A DNA stretch of 64,000 nucleotides. Origin: Candidatus Sysuimicrobium calidum. Lineage in GTDB: Bacteria; Sysuimicrobiota; Sysuimicrobiia; Sysuimicrobiales; Sysuimicrobiaceae. The translations under genes and the position numbers were made by a program. The notes beneath the pieces are model-generated. The model was not told the DNA's origin. It saw only the letters and a program-made list of their open reading frames with translations, and ran no database searches. Shown here in pieces: positions 28,244-39,203 of this stretch; positions within the stretch are counted from its first letter, which is position 1; each line of letters begins with the position of its first letter. The DNA lies in assembly GCA_031459935.1 (NCBI GenBank), contig JAVKHN010000004.1, positions 14,041-78,040 on the forward strand, in the 5' to 3' direction.

Positions 28244-29098
28244 ATGCGGGAAGCCGTGCGGTTCCAGGTGGCAGCCATCGTAGGCACCGGCCTCATCGGC
28301 GGGGCCCTGGGGATGGCCCTGCGCCAGCAGGGGTGCGCGCAGACCGTACTCGGCATCGACCGGGATGCGCGGGCCGCTCAGCGGGCCGTGGAGCGGGGAG
28401 CCGTGGACGTGGCGAGCACGGATCTGGGCCGCCTCACGGAGGCGGAGATCGTCTTCCTGGCGATCCCCCCGGAGCAGGTGGTGGGGGTGGCCCGTGCGGC
28501 CCTCAGCTACTTGCGTCCCCACACCATCCTCACGGATACCGCGAGCGTGAAGGCCCCCATCGTCTCCGCCTTGGAGCGCATCGCGCCGCCGGTGCGGTTC
28601 GTGGGGGGACACCCCATGGCGGGGAGCGAAGGACAGGGGATCGAGGCCGCGGATCCCGGATTCCTCCGGAACCGACCGTACATCGTGACCCCTACGGGGT
28701 TCACGGACCGGGAGGCGGTGCACCGCCTGGTGGCTCTTGCCCAGGCGATCGGAATGCGACCTGTGGTGATGCAGCCGGAGGTCCACGACCGGCTGGTGGC
28801 CCTCATCAGCCACCTCCCGTATCTGGTAGCGTGTGCGGTGGTCCTGACCGCCGCGGAGGAGCCCGAGTCCCTCGGGGTGGGCGGCCCCGTGTTCGGGGAA
28901 CTGGCCCGGGTGGCCAGCAGCCCCCCGGGCCTGTGGGCCCAGATCCTCCGCCTGAACCGGGAGGAGGTCCGGCGGGCCCTGCGCGATCTGCGCGGGATCC
29001 TGGACCGGGTGGAACGCCGCCTGGAGGAGGACCAGCTCGAGGAGCTGCTGGAGCAGGCCCAGAACGCGGGCATGCGCGCACGGGAGCCCAGGCCATGA
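28244..29098 (+). CDS. tyrA: Prephenate/arogenate dehydrogenase
   Basis: GTGLIGG, DTASVK, GGHPMAGSE, HD...ISHLP. Confidence 0.92.
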   Translation: MREAVRFQVAAIVGTGLIGGALGMALRQQGCAQTVLGIDRDARAAQRAVERGAVDVASTDLGRLTEAEIVFLAIPPEQVVGVARAALSYLRPHTILTDTASVKAPIVSALERIAPPVRFVGGHPMAGSEGQGIEAADPGFLRNRPYIVTPTGFTDREAVHRLVALAQAIGMRPVVMQPEVHDRLVALISHLPYLVACAVVLTAAEEPESLGVGGPVFGELARVASSPPGLWAQILRLNREEVRRALRDLRGILDRVERRLEEDQLEELLEQAQNAGMRAREPRP

Positions 29099-30567
29099 GG
29101 ACCCTGGAGATCACCCCCGGACCCGTGGGATTCGAGGCGATGCTGCGCGAGGGGAATCTCGTGCCGGTCTCGTGTGAGCTCCTGGCGGACCTCGAGACGC
29201 CCATCTCCGCCTTCCTTAAGTTGCGGGACCTGCCGGACGCCTTCCTACTGGAGAGCGTGGAGGGCGGGGAGCGGCTGGGCCGCTACTCCTTTTTGGGAGC
29301 CCGTCCGAAGCTGGTGCTCACCTACGATGGCCGGGTGGTGCACTGCTCGGACGGCCGCACCCTCCCAGGCCCCTTCCTCCCCGCGGCCCGGGAGGTCCTC
29401 CGGCCGTACCGTCAGGTCCCCGTCCCCGGGCTTCCCAGGTTCACGGGAGGGCTCGTGGGCTACCTGGGCTACGACCTCGTGCGGGACTGGGAACGGCTTC
29501 CCCACCGTCCCCCTGACGACCTCGGTCTTCCCGTCTGCCGCATGGGGCTGTTCGACACCGTGGTGGTCTTCGACCACGTGCGACGACGCATCCGGATCCT
29601 CGCGAACGCCTTCGCGGAGGAGGGGGCGAAAGCCGCTTACCGATCCGCCCGGGAGCGCATGGAGGAGATCCTGGAGCGGCTGCACCGGCCGGTTCCGAGG
29701 TCCTCGTCGGAGCCCCGGCCGACACCGGAGGTCCGGTCCAACATGACCCGGGAAGCGTTTCTGGAGAAAGTGGCGCGCGGTCTCGCGTACGTCCGGGCAG
29801 GCGACATCTTCCAGGTCATCCTCTCCCAGCGGTTCACGCTCCCCGTGGCAGGTCTGGATCCCTTCCTCCTGTACCGGGCGGCCCGGGCCATCAATCCCTC
29901 GCCCTTCCTGTTCTACCTGGATTTCCCGACCGGGCAGCTGGCGGGCTCCTCTCCGGAGCTCCTGGTGCGGCTGGAGGGGGATCGGGTGATGATGCGGCCC
30001 ATCGCGGGGACCCGGCCCCGGGGCCGCACGCAGGAGGAGGACGAGGCGCTGGAGGCGGATCTGCGGGGAAGCGAGAAGGAACGCGCGGAGCACGTGATGC
30101 TGGTGGACCTCACCCGAAACGACCTGGGTCGCATCAGCCGCTATGGCACCGTGCGCACCACAGAGCTCATGGTGGTGGAGCGGTACTCCCACGTGATGCA
30201 CCTGGTGAGCACCGTCCAGGGTACCCTGCAACCGGGCCGCGACGCCCTGGACGTGCTGCAGGCGGTCTTCCCGCACGGCACGGTGTCCGGGGCCCCCAAG
30301 GTGCGGGCCATGGAGATCATCGACGAGCTAGAACCCGTGGCCCGGGGGCCGTACGCGGGCGCGGTGGGCTACGTGGCCTTCTCAGGCGCCCTGGACACCT
30401 GCATCACCATCCGCACCCTGGTGGTGCGGGACGGGGTGGCCTACGTGCAGGCGGGAGCGGGCATCGTGGCGGACTCGGATCCGGAGACGGAGTACCGGGA
30501 GTGCGTGAGCAAGGCGGAGGCCCTGGTGCGGGCGGTGGAGCTGGCGTGCACGGGAGGGGTGGGATGA
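29095..30567 (+). CDS. trpE: Anthranilate synthase component I
   Basis: LLESVEGG, NPSPFLFY, PIAGTR, EHVMLVDL, SGAPKVRAMEII. Confidence 0.95.
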   Translation: MRTLEITPGPVGFEAMLREGNLVPVSCELLADLETPISAFLKLRDLPDAFLLESVEGGERLGRYSFLGARPKLVLTYDGRVVHCSDGRTLPGPFLPAAREVLRPYRQVPVPGLPRFTGGLVGYLGYDLVRDWERLPHRPPDDLGLPVCRMGLFDTVVVFDHVRRRIRILANAFAEEGAKAAYRSARERMEEILERLHRPVPRSSSEPRPTPEVRSNMTREAFLEKVARGLAYVRAGDIFQVILSQRFTLPVAGLDPFLLYRAARAINPSPFLFYLDFPTGQLAGSSPELLVRLEGDRVMMRPIAGTRPRGRTQEEDEALEADLRGSEKERAEHVMLVDLTRNDLGRISRYGTVRTTELMVVERYSHVMHLVSTVQGTLQPGRDALDVLQAVFPHGTVSGAPKVRAMEIIDELEPVARGPYAGAVGYVAFSGALDTCITIRTLVVRDGVAYVQAGAGIVADSDPETEYRECVSKAEALVRAVELACTGGVG

Positions 30568-31178
30568 TCCTGGTTGTGGACAACTACGACTCCTTCGCCT
30601 ACAACCTCGTGCAGTACCTGGGCGAACTCGGGGCAGAGGTGGCGGTCTACCGGAACGACGCCATCTCTGTGGAGGAGATGGCGCAGCTGCAACCCGAGGC
30701 CATCGTGATCTCTCCCGGACCCTGCACCCCCAACGAGGCAGGCGTCAGCAACGACGTGCTGGTTTGTCTGTCTGACCGGATCCCGGTCCTGGGGGTGTGT
30801 CTCGGACACCAGTGCATCGGGCAGTGCTTCGGAGGACGGGTGGGGCTTGCCCCGCGGCCCGTGCACGGCAAGACCTCCCGGATCTCCCACGACGGCCGCA
30901 CCATCTTCCGGGGACTGCCTTCCCCCTTCGTGGCCACCCGCTACCACTCCCTGGTGGTGTACGAGGAGGATCTGCCGGGTGTGCTGGAGATCTCCGCCCG
31001 CAACGAGGAGGGCCTCATCATGGGGCTGCGGCATCGCCATCGGCCGGTGGAGGGCGTGCAGTTCCATCCGGAGTCCATCCTCACGGAGCACGGCAAGGCG
31101 CTGCTGCGCAACTTCCTGAGTCTCGTGCGCGACTGGCACCGCACGGGCAGATGGGGCGTGCAGGAGGGAGGATCATGA
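30564..31178 (+). CDS. trpG: Anthranilate synthase component II (glutamine amidotransferase)
   Basis: DNYDSF, ISPGP, GVCLGHQ, RYHSL, QFHPES. Confidence 0.95.
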   Translation: MILVVDNYDSFAYNLVQYLGELGAEVAVYRNDAISVEEMAQLQPEAIVISPGPCTPNEAGVSNDVLVCLSDRIPVLGVCLGHQCIGQCFGGRVGLAPRPVHGKTSRISHDGRTIFRGLPSPFVATRYHSLVVYEEDLPGVLEISARNEEGLIMGLRHRHRPVEGVQFHPESILTEHGKALLRNFLSLVRDWHRTGRWGVQEGGS

Positions 31179-32200
31179 TCCGGGAGGCGATTCGGAAGAC
31201 GGTGGAAGGGGCTTCCCTCTCCGCGGAGGAGGCGGAGCGGGTCATGGGCGAGATCATGGATGGGGAGGCCACCCCGGCCCAGATCGCGGCCCTGGTGGTG
31301 GCCCTGCGCATGAAGGGCGAGACGGTGGAGGAGATGAGCGGGTTCGCCCGGGCCATGCGGATGAGGGCACAGCGCATCACACCACGCGTCCCCGTCCTGG
31401 TGGACACCTGCGGCACGGGTGGAGACGGAGCCCGCACCTTCAACATCTCCACCACCGCGGCCTTCGTGGTGGCCGGTGCGGGCGTGGCGGTGGCCAAGCA
31501 CGGAAACCGCGCGGTCAGCAGCGCCTGCGGGAGCGCGGACGTCCTGGAGGCCCTGGGGCTTCCCGCGGATGCGGAGCCCGTGCGGGTGCAGGAGGCCATC
31601 GAGCGGATCGGTCTCGGGTTTCTCTTCGCGCCCCGGTTCCACCCCGCCATGCGGCACGCGGTGGGGCCGCGGCGGGAGATCGGGATCCGCACCGTCTTCA
31701 ACGTCCTGGGACCCCTCACCAACCCCGCAGGTGCCCGACGGCAGGTGATCGGGGTGTACGACCCGCGGCTCGTGGAGCCGCTCGCCCTGGTGGCCCGGGA
31801 GCTCGGGGCCGAACACGCCTTCGTGGTGCACGGGGACGGTCTGGATGAGCTCACCACCACGGGCCCCACGTGGGTGGCGGAGGTGCGGGACGGCCGGGTG
31901 CACACCTTCGAGCTGATGCCCGAGCAGGTGGACCTTCCGCGGGCGCCTCAAGAGGCGCTCCGGGGCGGCGACGCCCAGCACAACGCGCGGCTGGTGGAGC
32001 GCGTCCTGCAGGGGGAGCGGGGACCCCGCCGGGACGTGGTGCTGCTGAACGCGGCCGCCGCGCTGGTGGCCGCGGGAGCTGCAGAGGACCTCCGGGAGGG
32101 GATCGCCCGGGCCGTGGAGGCGATTGACTCCGGGGCGGCTGAGGCGAAGCTCGCGGCCCTGCGGGCTTACTTCGGAGCTCAGGCGGGAGCTGTGGGATGA
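31175..32200 (+). CDS. trpD: Anthranilate phosphoribosyltransferase
   Basis: [25 protein letters not shown]. Confidence 0.96.
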   Translation: MIREAIRKTVEGASLSAEEAERVMGEIMDGEATPAQIAALVVALRMKGETVEEMSGFARAMRMRAQRITPRVPVLVDTCGTGGDGARTFNISTTAAFVVAGAGVAVAKHGNRAVSSACGSADVLEALGLPADAEPVRVQEAIERIGLGFLFAPRFHPAMRHAVGPRREIGIRTVFNVLGPLTNPAGARRQVIGVYDPRLVEPLALVARELGAEHAFVVHGDGLDELTTTGPTWVAEVRDGRVHTFELMPEQVDLPRAPQEALRGGDAQHNARLVERVLQGERGPRRDVVLLNAAAALVAAGAAEDLREGIARAVEAIDSGAAEAKLAALRAYFGAQAGAVG

Positions 32201-32985
32201 ACCTCCTCCAGGAGATCGTGCGGCACAAGCGACAGGAGCTCGCGCAGGCGCAGGCCACCTGCCCCGAAGCGGAGGTGAGGGCCCGGGCGCTCTCCGCACC
32301 CTCTACCCGGGACTTCGCCTTGGCCCTGCGCGGACGGGGGATCGCGGTGATCGCGGAGCTGAAGGCCGCCTCACCCTCTGTAGGCGTGATCCGGCGGGAG
32401 CTGGACCCCGTGGCCCTTGCCCGGGCGTATGCGGCGGGCGGCGCGGATGCCCTCTCCGTCCTCACGGACCGCCACTTCTTCCGGGGCGATCCGGAGCACC
32501 TGCGGGCCGCCCGGGAGGCTACCCGGCTTCCGGTCCTCCGTAAGGACTTCACCCTGGAGCCCTACCACGTGTACGAGGCGCGGGCCCTGGGCGCGGACGC
32601 GGTGCTCCTCATTGCCGCCGTCCTGGACGATGGGCGGCTCCGGGAGCTCCGGGAGCTCGCGGAGGAGTTGGGGATGGCGGCGGTGGTGGAGGTCCATACG
32701 GAGGAGGAGGTGGAGCGCGCCCTGCACAGCAAAGCCCGCATCATCGGGATCAACAACCGCGACCTCCGCACCTTCCGGGTGGATCTCGAGACCACCTTCC
32801 GGCTCCGGCCCCGCATCCCCGACGGGATCCTGGTGGTGAGCGAGAGCGGCATCGAGCACCCGGAGCAGGTCCGTGCCCTGCAGGCCGCGGGGGTGGACGC
32901 GGTACTGGTGGGCACGGCACTGCTGGCCGCTCCGGACCCTGAGGCGAAGCTGCGGGCGCTGCGTCCGAGTTACGTCAGGGGATGA
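32197..32985 (+). CDS. trpC: Indole-3-glycerol phosphate synthase
   Basis: [33 protein letters not shown]. Confidence 0.96.
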   Translation: MNLLQEIVRHKRQELAQAQATCPEAEVRARALSAPSTRDFALALRGRGIAVIAELKAASPSVGVIRRELDPVALARAYAAGGADALSVLTDRHFFRGDPEHLRAAREATRLPVLRKDFTLEPYHVYEARALGADAVLLIAAVLDDGRLRELRELAEELGMAAVVEVHTEEEVERALHSKARIIGINNRDLRTFRVDLETTFRLRPRIPDGILVVSESGIEHPEQVRALQAAGVDAVLVGTALLAAPDPEAKLRALRPSYVRG

Positions 32986-32991
32986 GGAGGG

Positions 32992-34041
32992 ATGGAGATG
33001 GCCCAGAACGTGCAGACGGTGGAGCGCGGGCGGCCCGATGCGGTGCCACGCCAGACGGTGCGGGTGTTCTCCGGGATCCAGCCCACGGGACTGGTGCACA
33101 TCGGAAACTACGTGGGGGCCATCCGACAGTGGGTGGAGCTGCAGGCCCAGTACGAGTCGTACTTCTGCATCGTGGACCTCCACGCCATCACCGTGCCGTA
33201 CAAGCCGGAGGAGATGCAGCGCCGGATCCTGGAGGCGGCCGCGGCCAACATCGCGGCGGGGATTGACCCGGAGCGGTCCGTGCTGTTCGTGCAGTCCCAC
33301 GTGCACCAGCACTGCGAGCTCATGTGGCTCCTCACCACCCTCACCCCCGTGGGACAGCTGGAGCGGATGACCCAGTACAAGGAAAAGGCCCGCCAGGCCC
33401 GGGGTGGGGTGATGGCGGGGCTGTTGAACTATCCTGTCCTCCAGGCGGCGGACGTGCTCCTGTACAAGGCAAACCTCGTCCCCGTGGGCGAGGACCAGCT
33501 GCAGCACATCGAGCTCATGAGGGACCTCGCGGAGCGGTTCAACAAGCAGTTCGGGGAGACGTTCCCGCTTCCGGAGGCCCGGCTCACCAGGGGTGCCCGG
33601 ATCATGGCCCTCAACGACCCCACGAAGAAGATGAGCAAGAGCATCCCCGGAAGTTACATCGCGCTTGCGGACGATCCGGAGGAGATCCGGCGCAAGGTAC
33701 GGGCCGCGGTGACGGATCCCGGCCCACCCGCGCGCGGGGCCCGGCTGGAGGACGCAAGCCCCGGGGTCCAGAACCTCTTCACCCTGCTGGAGGTCTTCGG
33801 CCCCGAGCACTACCTCCGCTTCCGGGAGGCGTACGAGTCCGGCACCATCCGCTACAGCGAGCTCAAGCAGGTCCTGGCGGAGGCCATCGTCGAGCGGCTG
33901 GATCCCATCCGCCGGCGCTATCACGAGCTCCTGCGTCGCCCCGGGCTGCTCTACGAGGTCCTGGTGGAGGGCGCCAAGCGGGCCCGGCCAGTGGCGGAGG
34001 CCACCATGGCGGAAGTCTACCGGAAGATGGGACTGCGATGA
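32992..34041 (+). CDS. trpS: Tryptophanyl-tRNA synthetase
   Basis: SGIQPTG, HIGN, VPVGEDQ, KMSKS. Confidence 0.96.
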   Translation: MEMAQNVQTVERGRPDAVPRQTVRVFSGIQPTGLVHIGNYVGAIRQWVELQAQYESYFCIVDLHAITVPYKPEEMQRRILEAAAANIAAGIDPERSVLFVQSHVHQHCELMWLLTTLTPVGQLERMTQYKEKARQARGGVMAGLLNYPVLQAADVLLYKANLVPVGEDQLQHIELMRDLAERFNKQFGETFPLPEARLTRGARIMALNDPTKKMSKSIPGSYIALADDPEEIRRKVRAAVTDPGPPARGARLEDASPGVQNLFTLLEVFGPEHYLRFREAYESGTIRYSELKQVLAEAIVERLDPIRRRYHELLRRPGLLYEVLVEGAKRARPVAEATMAEVYRKMGLR

Positions 34042-34670
34042 CGCGGGTGAAGATCTGCGGGATCCGAACGGTGGAGGAGGCCCGCGCCGCCGCGGAGGCG
34101 GGTGCGGACGCGGTGGGGTTCGTGTTCTGGCCCCGCAGCCGCCGCTATGTGGAGCCCGAGATGGCGGCCCGCATCGCCCAGGCCCTTCCGCCCTTCCTGG
34201 TGCGGGTGGGGGTGTTCGTCAACGAGCCACCGGAGCGGGTGGAGGAGATCGCCGCATGCGTAGGTCTGGACGCGGTGCAGCTCCACGGAGACGAGCCGCC
34301 GGAGGTGTGTGCCCGCCTCCGGCGGAGGGTCATCAAGGCCATCCGGATCCGCGATGGGAGAAGCCTGGAGGCCGCGGCGGACTATCCGGTGAGTGCGCTC
34401 CTCCTGGACACGTACGTCCCCGAGACCTACGGAGGCACGGGCAGGACCTTCGACTGGTCCCTGGTGGAGGCGGTCCGGCATCTGGACCGTCCCCTCCTCC
34501 TCTCCGGCGGTCTCAATCCCGAGAATGTGGCCGAGGCCATTCGGCGGGTGCGGCCGTACGGGGTGGATGCCAGCAGCGGCGTGGAAACCGATGGGCGCAA
34601 GGATCCCGAGAAGATCTGTGCGTTCGTGGCTGCGGTGCGGCGCGCGGATGCGGAGAGGGGGAAGCCATGA
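34038..34670 (+). CDS. trpF: Phosphoribosylanthranilate isomerase
   Basis: [36 protein letters not shown]. Confidence 0.96.
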   Translation: MTRVKICGIRTVEEARAAAEAGADAVGFVFWPRSRRYVEPEMAARIAQALPPFLVRVGVFVNEPPERVEEIAACVGLDAVQLHGDEPPEVCARLRRRVIKAIRIRDGRSLEAAADYPVSALLLDTYVPETYGGTGRTFDWSLVEAVRHLDRPLLLSGGLNPENVAEAIRRVRPYGVDASSGVETDGRKDPEKICAFVAAVRRADAERGKP

Positions 34671-35869
34671 GAACCGAGCTCCTTCCGGACGTCCGCGGGC
34701 GGTTCGGGCCCTTCGGCGGCCGGTATGTGCCGGAGACCCTGATCCCGGCCCTTCTGGAGCTGGAAGCCGCCTACGAGGCGCTGCGACAGGATCCGGAGTT
34801 CCGGCGGGAGCTGGAGGGGCTTCTGCGGGAGTACTGTGGCCGGCCCACACCTCTGTATTTCGCCTGCAGGCTCTCGGAGCACCTGGGCGGCGCCCGCATC
34901 TACCTTAAGCGGGAGGATCTGCTGCACACAGGGGCCCACAAGATCAACAACGCCCTGGGGCAGGCCCTGCTCGCGAAGCGCATGGGCAAACATCGGGTGA
35001 TCGCGGAGACGGGCGCGGGCCAGCACGGGGTGGCCGTGGCCACCGCCGCGGCCATGCTGGGCCTCCGGTGCGAGGTGTACATGGGGCGGGAGGACGTGGA
35101 GCGCCAGGCCCTCAACGTGTACCGGATGGAGCTACTGGGAGCCCGGGTGATCCCCGTGGACAGCGGCACCCGCACCCTCAAGGACGCCATCAACGAGGCG
35201 TTGCGGGACTGGGTCACGAACGTGCGCACCACCTTTTACGTGATCGGGTCCGTGGTGGGGCCGCATCCGTACCCCCGCATGGTGCGGGACTTCCAGTCCG
35301 TGATCGGCACCGAAGCCCGGCAGCAGATCCTGGAGCGGGAGGGAAGGTTGCCGGACGCGGTGGTGGCCTGCGTGGGCGGCGGGAGCAACGCCATGGGCCT
35401 GTTCTGGGCCTTCCTCGCGGACGAATCCGTGCGGCTCGTCGGCGTGGAGGCCGGAGGGCAGGGGATCCAAAGCGGACGGCACGCGGCAAGCCTCGTGGCG
35501 GGAAGCCCCGGGGTGCTGCACGGGGCCTACACCTACGTGCTGCAGGATGAGGCCGGACAGGTGCTCGGCACGCATTCCGTCTCCGCGGGCCTGGACTATC
35601 CCGGGGTGGGCCCCGAGCACGCGTACCTCAAGGAGACGGGGCGGGCCACCTACGTGGCGGTCACGGACGAGGAGGCGCTTGAGGCCTTCCATCTCCTGGC
35701 CCGCACGGAGGGGATCCTGCCGGCCCTGGAGCCCGCCCACGCCCTCGCGTACCTGAGGCACCTCGCCCCGCAGCTGGGCAGAGACGGCGTGGTCGTGGTG
35801 GGCCTCTCAGGCCGGGGGGACAAGGACGTGGAAGTGGTGCGGCGGTACGCGCGCCATGAGCCGGTTTAG
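34667..35869 (+). CDS. trpB: Tryptophan synthase beta chain
   Basis: [34 protein letters not shown]. Confidence 0.97.
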   Translation: MRTELLPDVRGRFGPFGGRYVPETLIPALLELEAAYEALRQDPEFRRELEGLLREYCGRPTPLYFACRLSEHLGGARIYLKREDLLHTGAHKINNALGQALLAKRMGKHRVIAETGAGQHGVAVATAAAMLGLRCEVYMGREDVERQALNVYRMELLGARVIPVDSGTRTLKDAINEALRDWVTNVRTTFYVIGSVVGPHPYPRMVRDFQSVIGTEARQQILEREGRLPDAVVACVGGGSNAMGLFWAFLADESVRLVGVEAGGQGIQSGRHAASLVAGSPGVLHGAYTYVLQDEAGQVLGTHSVSAGLDYPGVGPEHAYLKETGRATYVAVTDEEALEAFHLLARTEGILPALEPAHALAYLRHLAPQLGRDGVVVVGLSGRGDKDVEVVRRYARHEPV

Positions 35870-36650
35870 AGCGCTCTTCGAGCAGCTGCGGACGGAGGGC
35901 CGGGCCGCCCTCATGCCCTTCCTCGAGGTCGGGGATCCGGACCTGCAGACCCTGGAACACCTGATTCCGGCCGTGGTGGAGATCGGGGCGGATGCCCTGG
36001 AACTCGGGGTGCCGTTTTCTGATCCCATCGCGGACGGTCCCACCATGCAGCGGGCCGCCTACCGGGCCCTGCAGCGGGGTGTGCGGCTCCAGGAGGCCCT
36101 GGAGCTCGTGCGCCGGGTGCGTCGGGTGGTGGACGTGCCCATCGCCGTGATGTCTTACGCGAACCCCCTCTACCGGTACGGGATCGAGCGGTTCGGCGCG
36201 GAGGCCCGGGAGGCGGGTGTAGACGGCATCATCGCCGCGGACATCCCCGCGGACGAGGGGGATCCCCTCGTACGGGCCGCGCGTCCGGTGGGCCTCGATA
36301 CCATCTTCCTCGTGGCGCCCACCAGCACCGAGGCGCGGCTGCGCACCGTGGCCGCGGCCACCACGGGGTTTCTGTACTGCGTCTCGGTCACCGGGGTGAC
36401 GGGGGCCCGGGAACGGCTCAGCGAGGAGGCGGAGGACCTCGTGCGCCGGGTGCGGAGGGTGACGGACCTGCCCGCGGTGGTGGGGTTCGGGATCGCCACA
36501 CCGGAGCACGCGCGCGCCGCAGCCCGGTTCAGCGACGGGGTGATCGTGGCGAGTGCCCTGTATCAGGTACTGGAGGCAGCCCGGGATCCCGTGGCGGCCG
36601 CGGTGGACTTCCTGCGCCCCTTCGCCCGGGCCCTCCGCTCAGGCCCCTGA
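35856..36650 (+). CDS. trpA: Tryptophan synthase alpha chain
   Basis: [28 protein letters not shown]. Confidence 0.96.
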   Translation: MSRFRALFEQLRTEGRAALMPFLEVGDPDLQTLEHLIPAVVEIGADALELGVPFSDPIADGPTMQRAAYRALQRGVRLQEALELVRRVRRVVDVPIAVMSYANPLYRYGIERFGAEAREAGVDGIIAADIPADEGDPLVRAARPVGLDTIFLVAPTSTEARLRTVAAATTGFLYCVSVTGVTGARERLSEEAEDLVRRVRRVTDLPAVVGFGIATPEHARAAARFSDGVIVASALYQVLEAARDPVAAAVDFLRPFARALRSGP

Positions 36651-37091
36651 TCCCTGCAGCCGCCAGCGCACCGAAACATCCGGGGTCGCGACCGCGACCG
36701 TGCCGTAGAGGGGTCAGCGGCGTTTGAAGGCCTCCACCAGGGCCTCCGCCTGTGCTGCGGAGACCCCGGAGAGCACGAGATCCAACTGCACCGCGTTGAA
36801 CACCGTGAGGTCCGGCCGCACGGGCGCGGAGCGGTCCACGGTCCCCGTGATGTGCGCCTCCACCCGGGGGATGGGAAAGCCGGACTCCCGGGCCAGGACC
36901 TCTACCAGCTCCACCGCGCAGGTGGCCACCCCGGCCAGGAACAGCTCCCCGGGTGTGATCTCCTCGCCGGGGCACCCGTTCTGCACAGGCCCGTCCACCA
37001 CGAGGTGGTGGTTGCGGGCGGAACAGACCACCCGACCGAAGATCCCGCTGGATCGGGCCGCGGCCTCGTAAACCCGTACCTCCTGTGCCAT
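36639..37091 (-). CDS. OsmC/Ohr family protein, probable selenoprotein (in-frame UGA at 36714-36716)
   Basis: TPGELFLAGVATC peroxidatic-Cys motif; read-through gives KRR-U-PLYGTV...* (150 aa), matching the second CP motif; SECIS-like hairpin downstream. Confidence 0.8.
36684..36699 (-). promoter_or_regulatory. Putative bacterial SECIS hairpin
   Basis: GGUCGC-GGUC-GCGACC; G-initiated apical loop begins 21 nt after the UGA. Confidence 0.7.
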
Positions 37092-37238
37092 CGCTCCCTC
37101 CTCACCGGCCGAGATGGTGGTAGTCGGGGTTGGAGTCCAGCCTAGGGCGTTCGCCCGGACGCTCCGTCGCCCTGCCCTCCAGGGTGTTCCGTTCGGCGAT
37201 CTGGGGGAGAAATCCTGGGGTGCGCGGAGCGCTTAAAG

Positions 37239-37273
37239 ACCGCGGGGGAGGCTCCTGGAGCCTCCCCCGCGGT
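37239..37273 (-). terminator. Strong hairpin, probable terminator after Mn-catalase
   Basis: Perfect 17-bp inverted repeat ACCGCGGGGGAGGCTCC/GGAGCCTCCCCCGCGGT followed by CTTTAA on the minus strand. Confidence 0.7.
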
Positions 37274-37291
37274 ACGAGGGCAAACCCCGCC

Positions 37292-38179
37292 TCAGCTGGT
37301 CGCGAGCTTCTTCGCCAGCTCCGTGATCTCCGCAGGCTCTAGACCCGGCGCGAACTCCTCCGGGAGCGGTGGCAGCACCGGCACAGGACCGCCCGGAGGC
37401 GGCCCGTCCACCACCACGAGATCTCCATCCCCCGTGGGTGCGGGGCCGCGCCAGATGCGGGCGATGTCCCGGTAGTCCTCGGGGCTGAAGCGGTACAGGG
37501 TGCGGTGCACGCCCGCCTGCTCGTACTTCCGGGCCTCCGGGAACTTCGCGTTGGGGATGTTGGGGATGGGCAGAAGCCTGGTGAGGTCCACGCCCGTGAG
37601 GGTCTCCACCGCTTTGCCGTAGGCGGTGGCGTGCACTCCGCCCCGCACCAGGAGGTATCCGATCATCTCCCGGGCCACGGGGTTGCGGGTCATCTCGTAG
37701 ACCCGGATTTTGTGCAGCCGCGCCCCGCACTCCAGGAAGAAGTTGTGCAGCAGATCCAGCACGAGGTTGCCGCTGTTGAATACGTAGTCCCCGTGCCAGA
37801 ACGCACCCATGGAACCGCCCACGAAGGCGGTCTGGGCCGTGCTGACGAAGTGGTAGGTGGAGCGCACATCCTTGCCGGGCTCGAGCGGTGCCTCCACGGG
37901 GTCCTTGGCCTGGGTGGTGCCCGTGAGCAGGAGGTTGATGGTGGCGGAGACGAGCTCGATGTGGCCCAGCTCCTCCGTGGCGATGTTCGCGATGAGGTCC
38001 CGGTAGGGCTTGAGCTGATCGTGCCCGCGGAAGTTGAAGGATTGATAGGTGTAGTTCATGAGGGTGGACATCTCCCCGAACCGGCCGCCCAGCAGGTCCT
38101 GGACCGCGGCCGCGGCGTTGGGATCCGGCTCCTTGGGAGCCGGCAGCTCGATCTGCAACCGATCGATCCGCAGATACAC
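37292..38179 (-). CDS. Manganese catalase family protein
   Basis: LGGRFGEMST, IATEELGHIE, FLECGAR, LLVRGGVH. Confidence 0.92.
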   Translation of the reverse strand: MYLRIDRLQIELPAPKEPDPNAAAAVQDLLGGRFGEMSTLMNYTYQSFNFRGHDQLKPYRDLIANIATEELGHIELVSATINLLLTGTTQAKDPVEAPLEPGKDVRSTYHFVSTAQTAFVGGSMGAFWHGDYVFNSGNLVLDLLHNFFLECGARLHKIRVYEMTRNPVAREMIGYLLVRGGVHATAYGKAVETLTGVDLTRLLPIPNIPNAKFPEARKYEQAGVHRTLYRFSPEDYRDIARIWRGPAPTGDGDLVVVDGPPPGGPVPVLPPLPEEFAPGLEPAEITELAKKLATS

Positions 38180-38304
38180 CCTAATCCCTCCTTTCCGGAT
38201 GGGGTCCGGTCTTCAGTGTGCGGAAGGGGTCTGCGGGGGCGAAGGCCGCGGTCGATCCAAAGAGTGCCCGAACCGACCACCCCCCCTCGTCCGGGAGGGC
38301 CCGC

Positions 38305-39198
38305 ATGCGGCATCCTAGGGGTGTGCAGGTGGCGCTGCTGGACCGGACCCCCATCTCCCCGCCCTACCCGCCTCCGGGAGCCCTCGAGGCGTGGGGATGG
38401 GTGTGGGACCAGGTGCAGATCGGTTTTCTGGAGGGGCGAGCGTATGCCGGGGAACCCGGGTGGGGCCTGGAGCGCCGTACGGTTCCCAACGCGCTTGCGG
38501 TGCTGGTCCTGGAGGGCAGGAGCGTGTGGCGGATCGGGGATCGATCCGTGGCTGCAGGCCCCGGAGACCTCCTGCTCATCCCGGAAGGCGTTCCGCACGC
38601 GGCGGAGCCTTCCCCCGCGCCCGTCCACCTGCTCTCCGTTCACTTCACCGCCCGCGTGCTCGGGACGCAGTGTCTGCTCCTGGTGCTGGGGTTTCCGGTG
38701 GTACTCAAGGACAGGGCGTCCGCGGACGTGATTCAGGAGCTCGTGCGGTTGACCACGCACGAGCCGCCCGGGTGGCGGCAGCGGGGCCGGGCGCTCATCA
38801 CGGAGCTCCTGCTGCGGACGGTACACGAGCGGCCCGCGGACTTCCGGCCCATGCAGGTGCAGGAGGTACGCGCGCTCCGGCTGCTGTGCCACGTGTTCCA
38901 GCTCCTCGAGGGCACGGACGGCGGGATGCGCGTGGCGGAGCTGGCCCGGGCCGCGGCCTGCTCGCCCACCCACCTGCGTCGGCTCTTCCGGACGGCCCTG
39001 GGGATGTCCCCGAGCCGGTATCTCCTGGAACGCCGGTTGCAGCGGGCCGCGGAGCTCCTGCGCGGTACGGACCACACGGTGCAGCAGGTGGCGGAGCGGT
39101 GCGGGTTCGAAAGCCTCTCCCACTTCCATCGGCACTTCAAGGCCCGGTACGGGTGCACGCCGCTGGCATTCCGGACTCGGCTTACGCAGCCGCCGTGA
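38305..39198 (+). CDS. AraC family transcriptional regulator (cupin + HTH)
   Basis: PGDLLLIPEGVPH, ELARAAACSPTHLRRLF, VAERCGFESLSHFHRHFK; start uncertain. Confidence 0.9.
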   Translation: MRHPRGVQVALLDRTPISPPYPPPGALEAWGWVWDQVQIGFLEGRAYAGEPGWGLERRTVPNALAVLVLEGRSVWRIGDRSVAAGPGDLLLIPEGVPHAAEPSPAPVHLLSVHFTARVLGTQCLLLVLGFPVVLKDRASADVIQELVRLTTHEPPGWRQRGRALITELLLRTVHERPADFRPMQVQEVRALRLLCHVFQLLEGTDGGMRVAELARAAACSPTHLRRLFRTALGMSPSRYLLERRLQRAAELLRGTDHTVQQVAERCGFESLSHFHRHFKARYGCTPLAFRTRLTQPP

Positions 39199-39203
39199 GG
39201 TGG

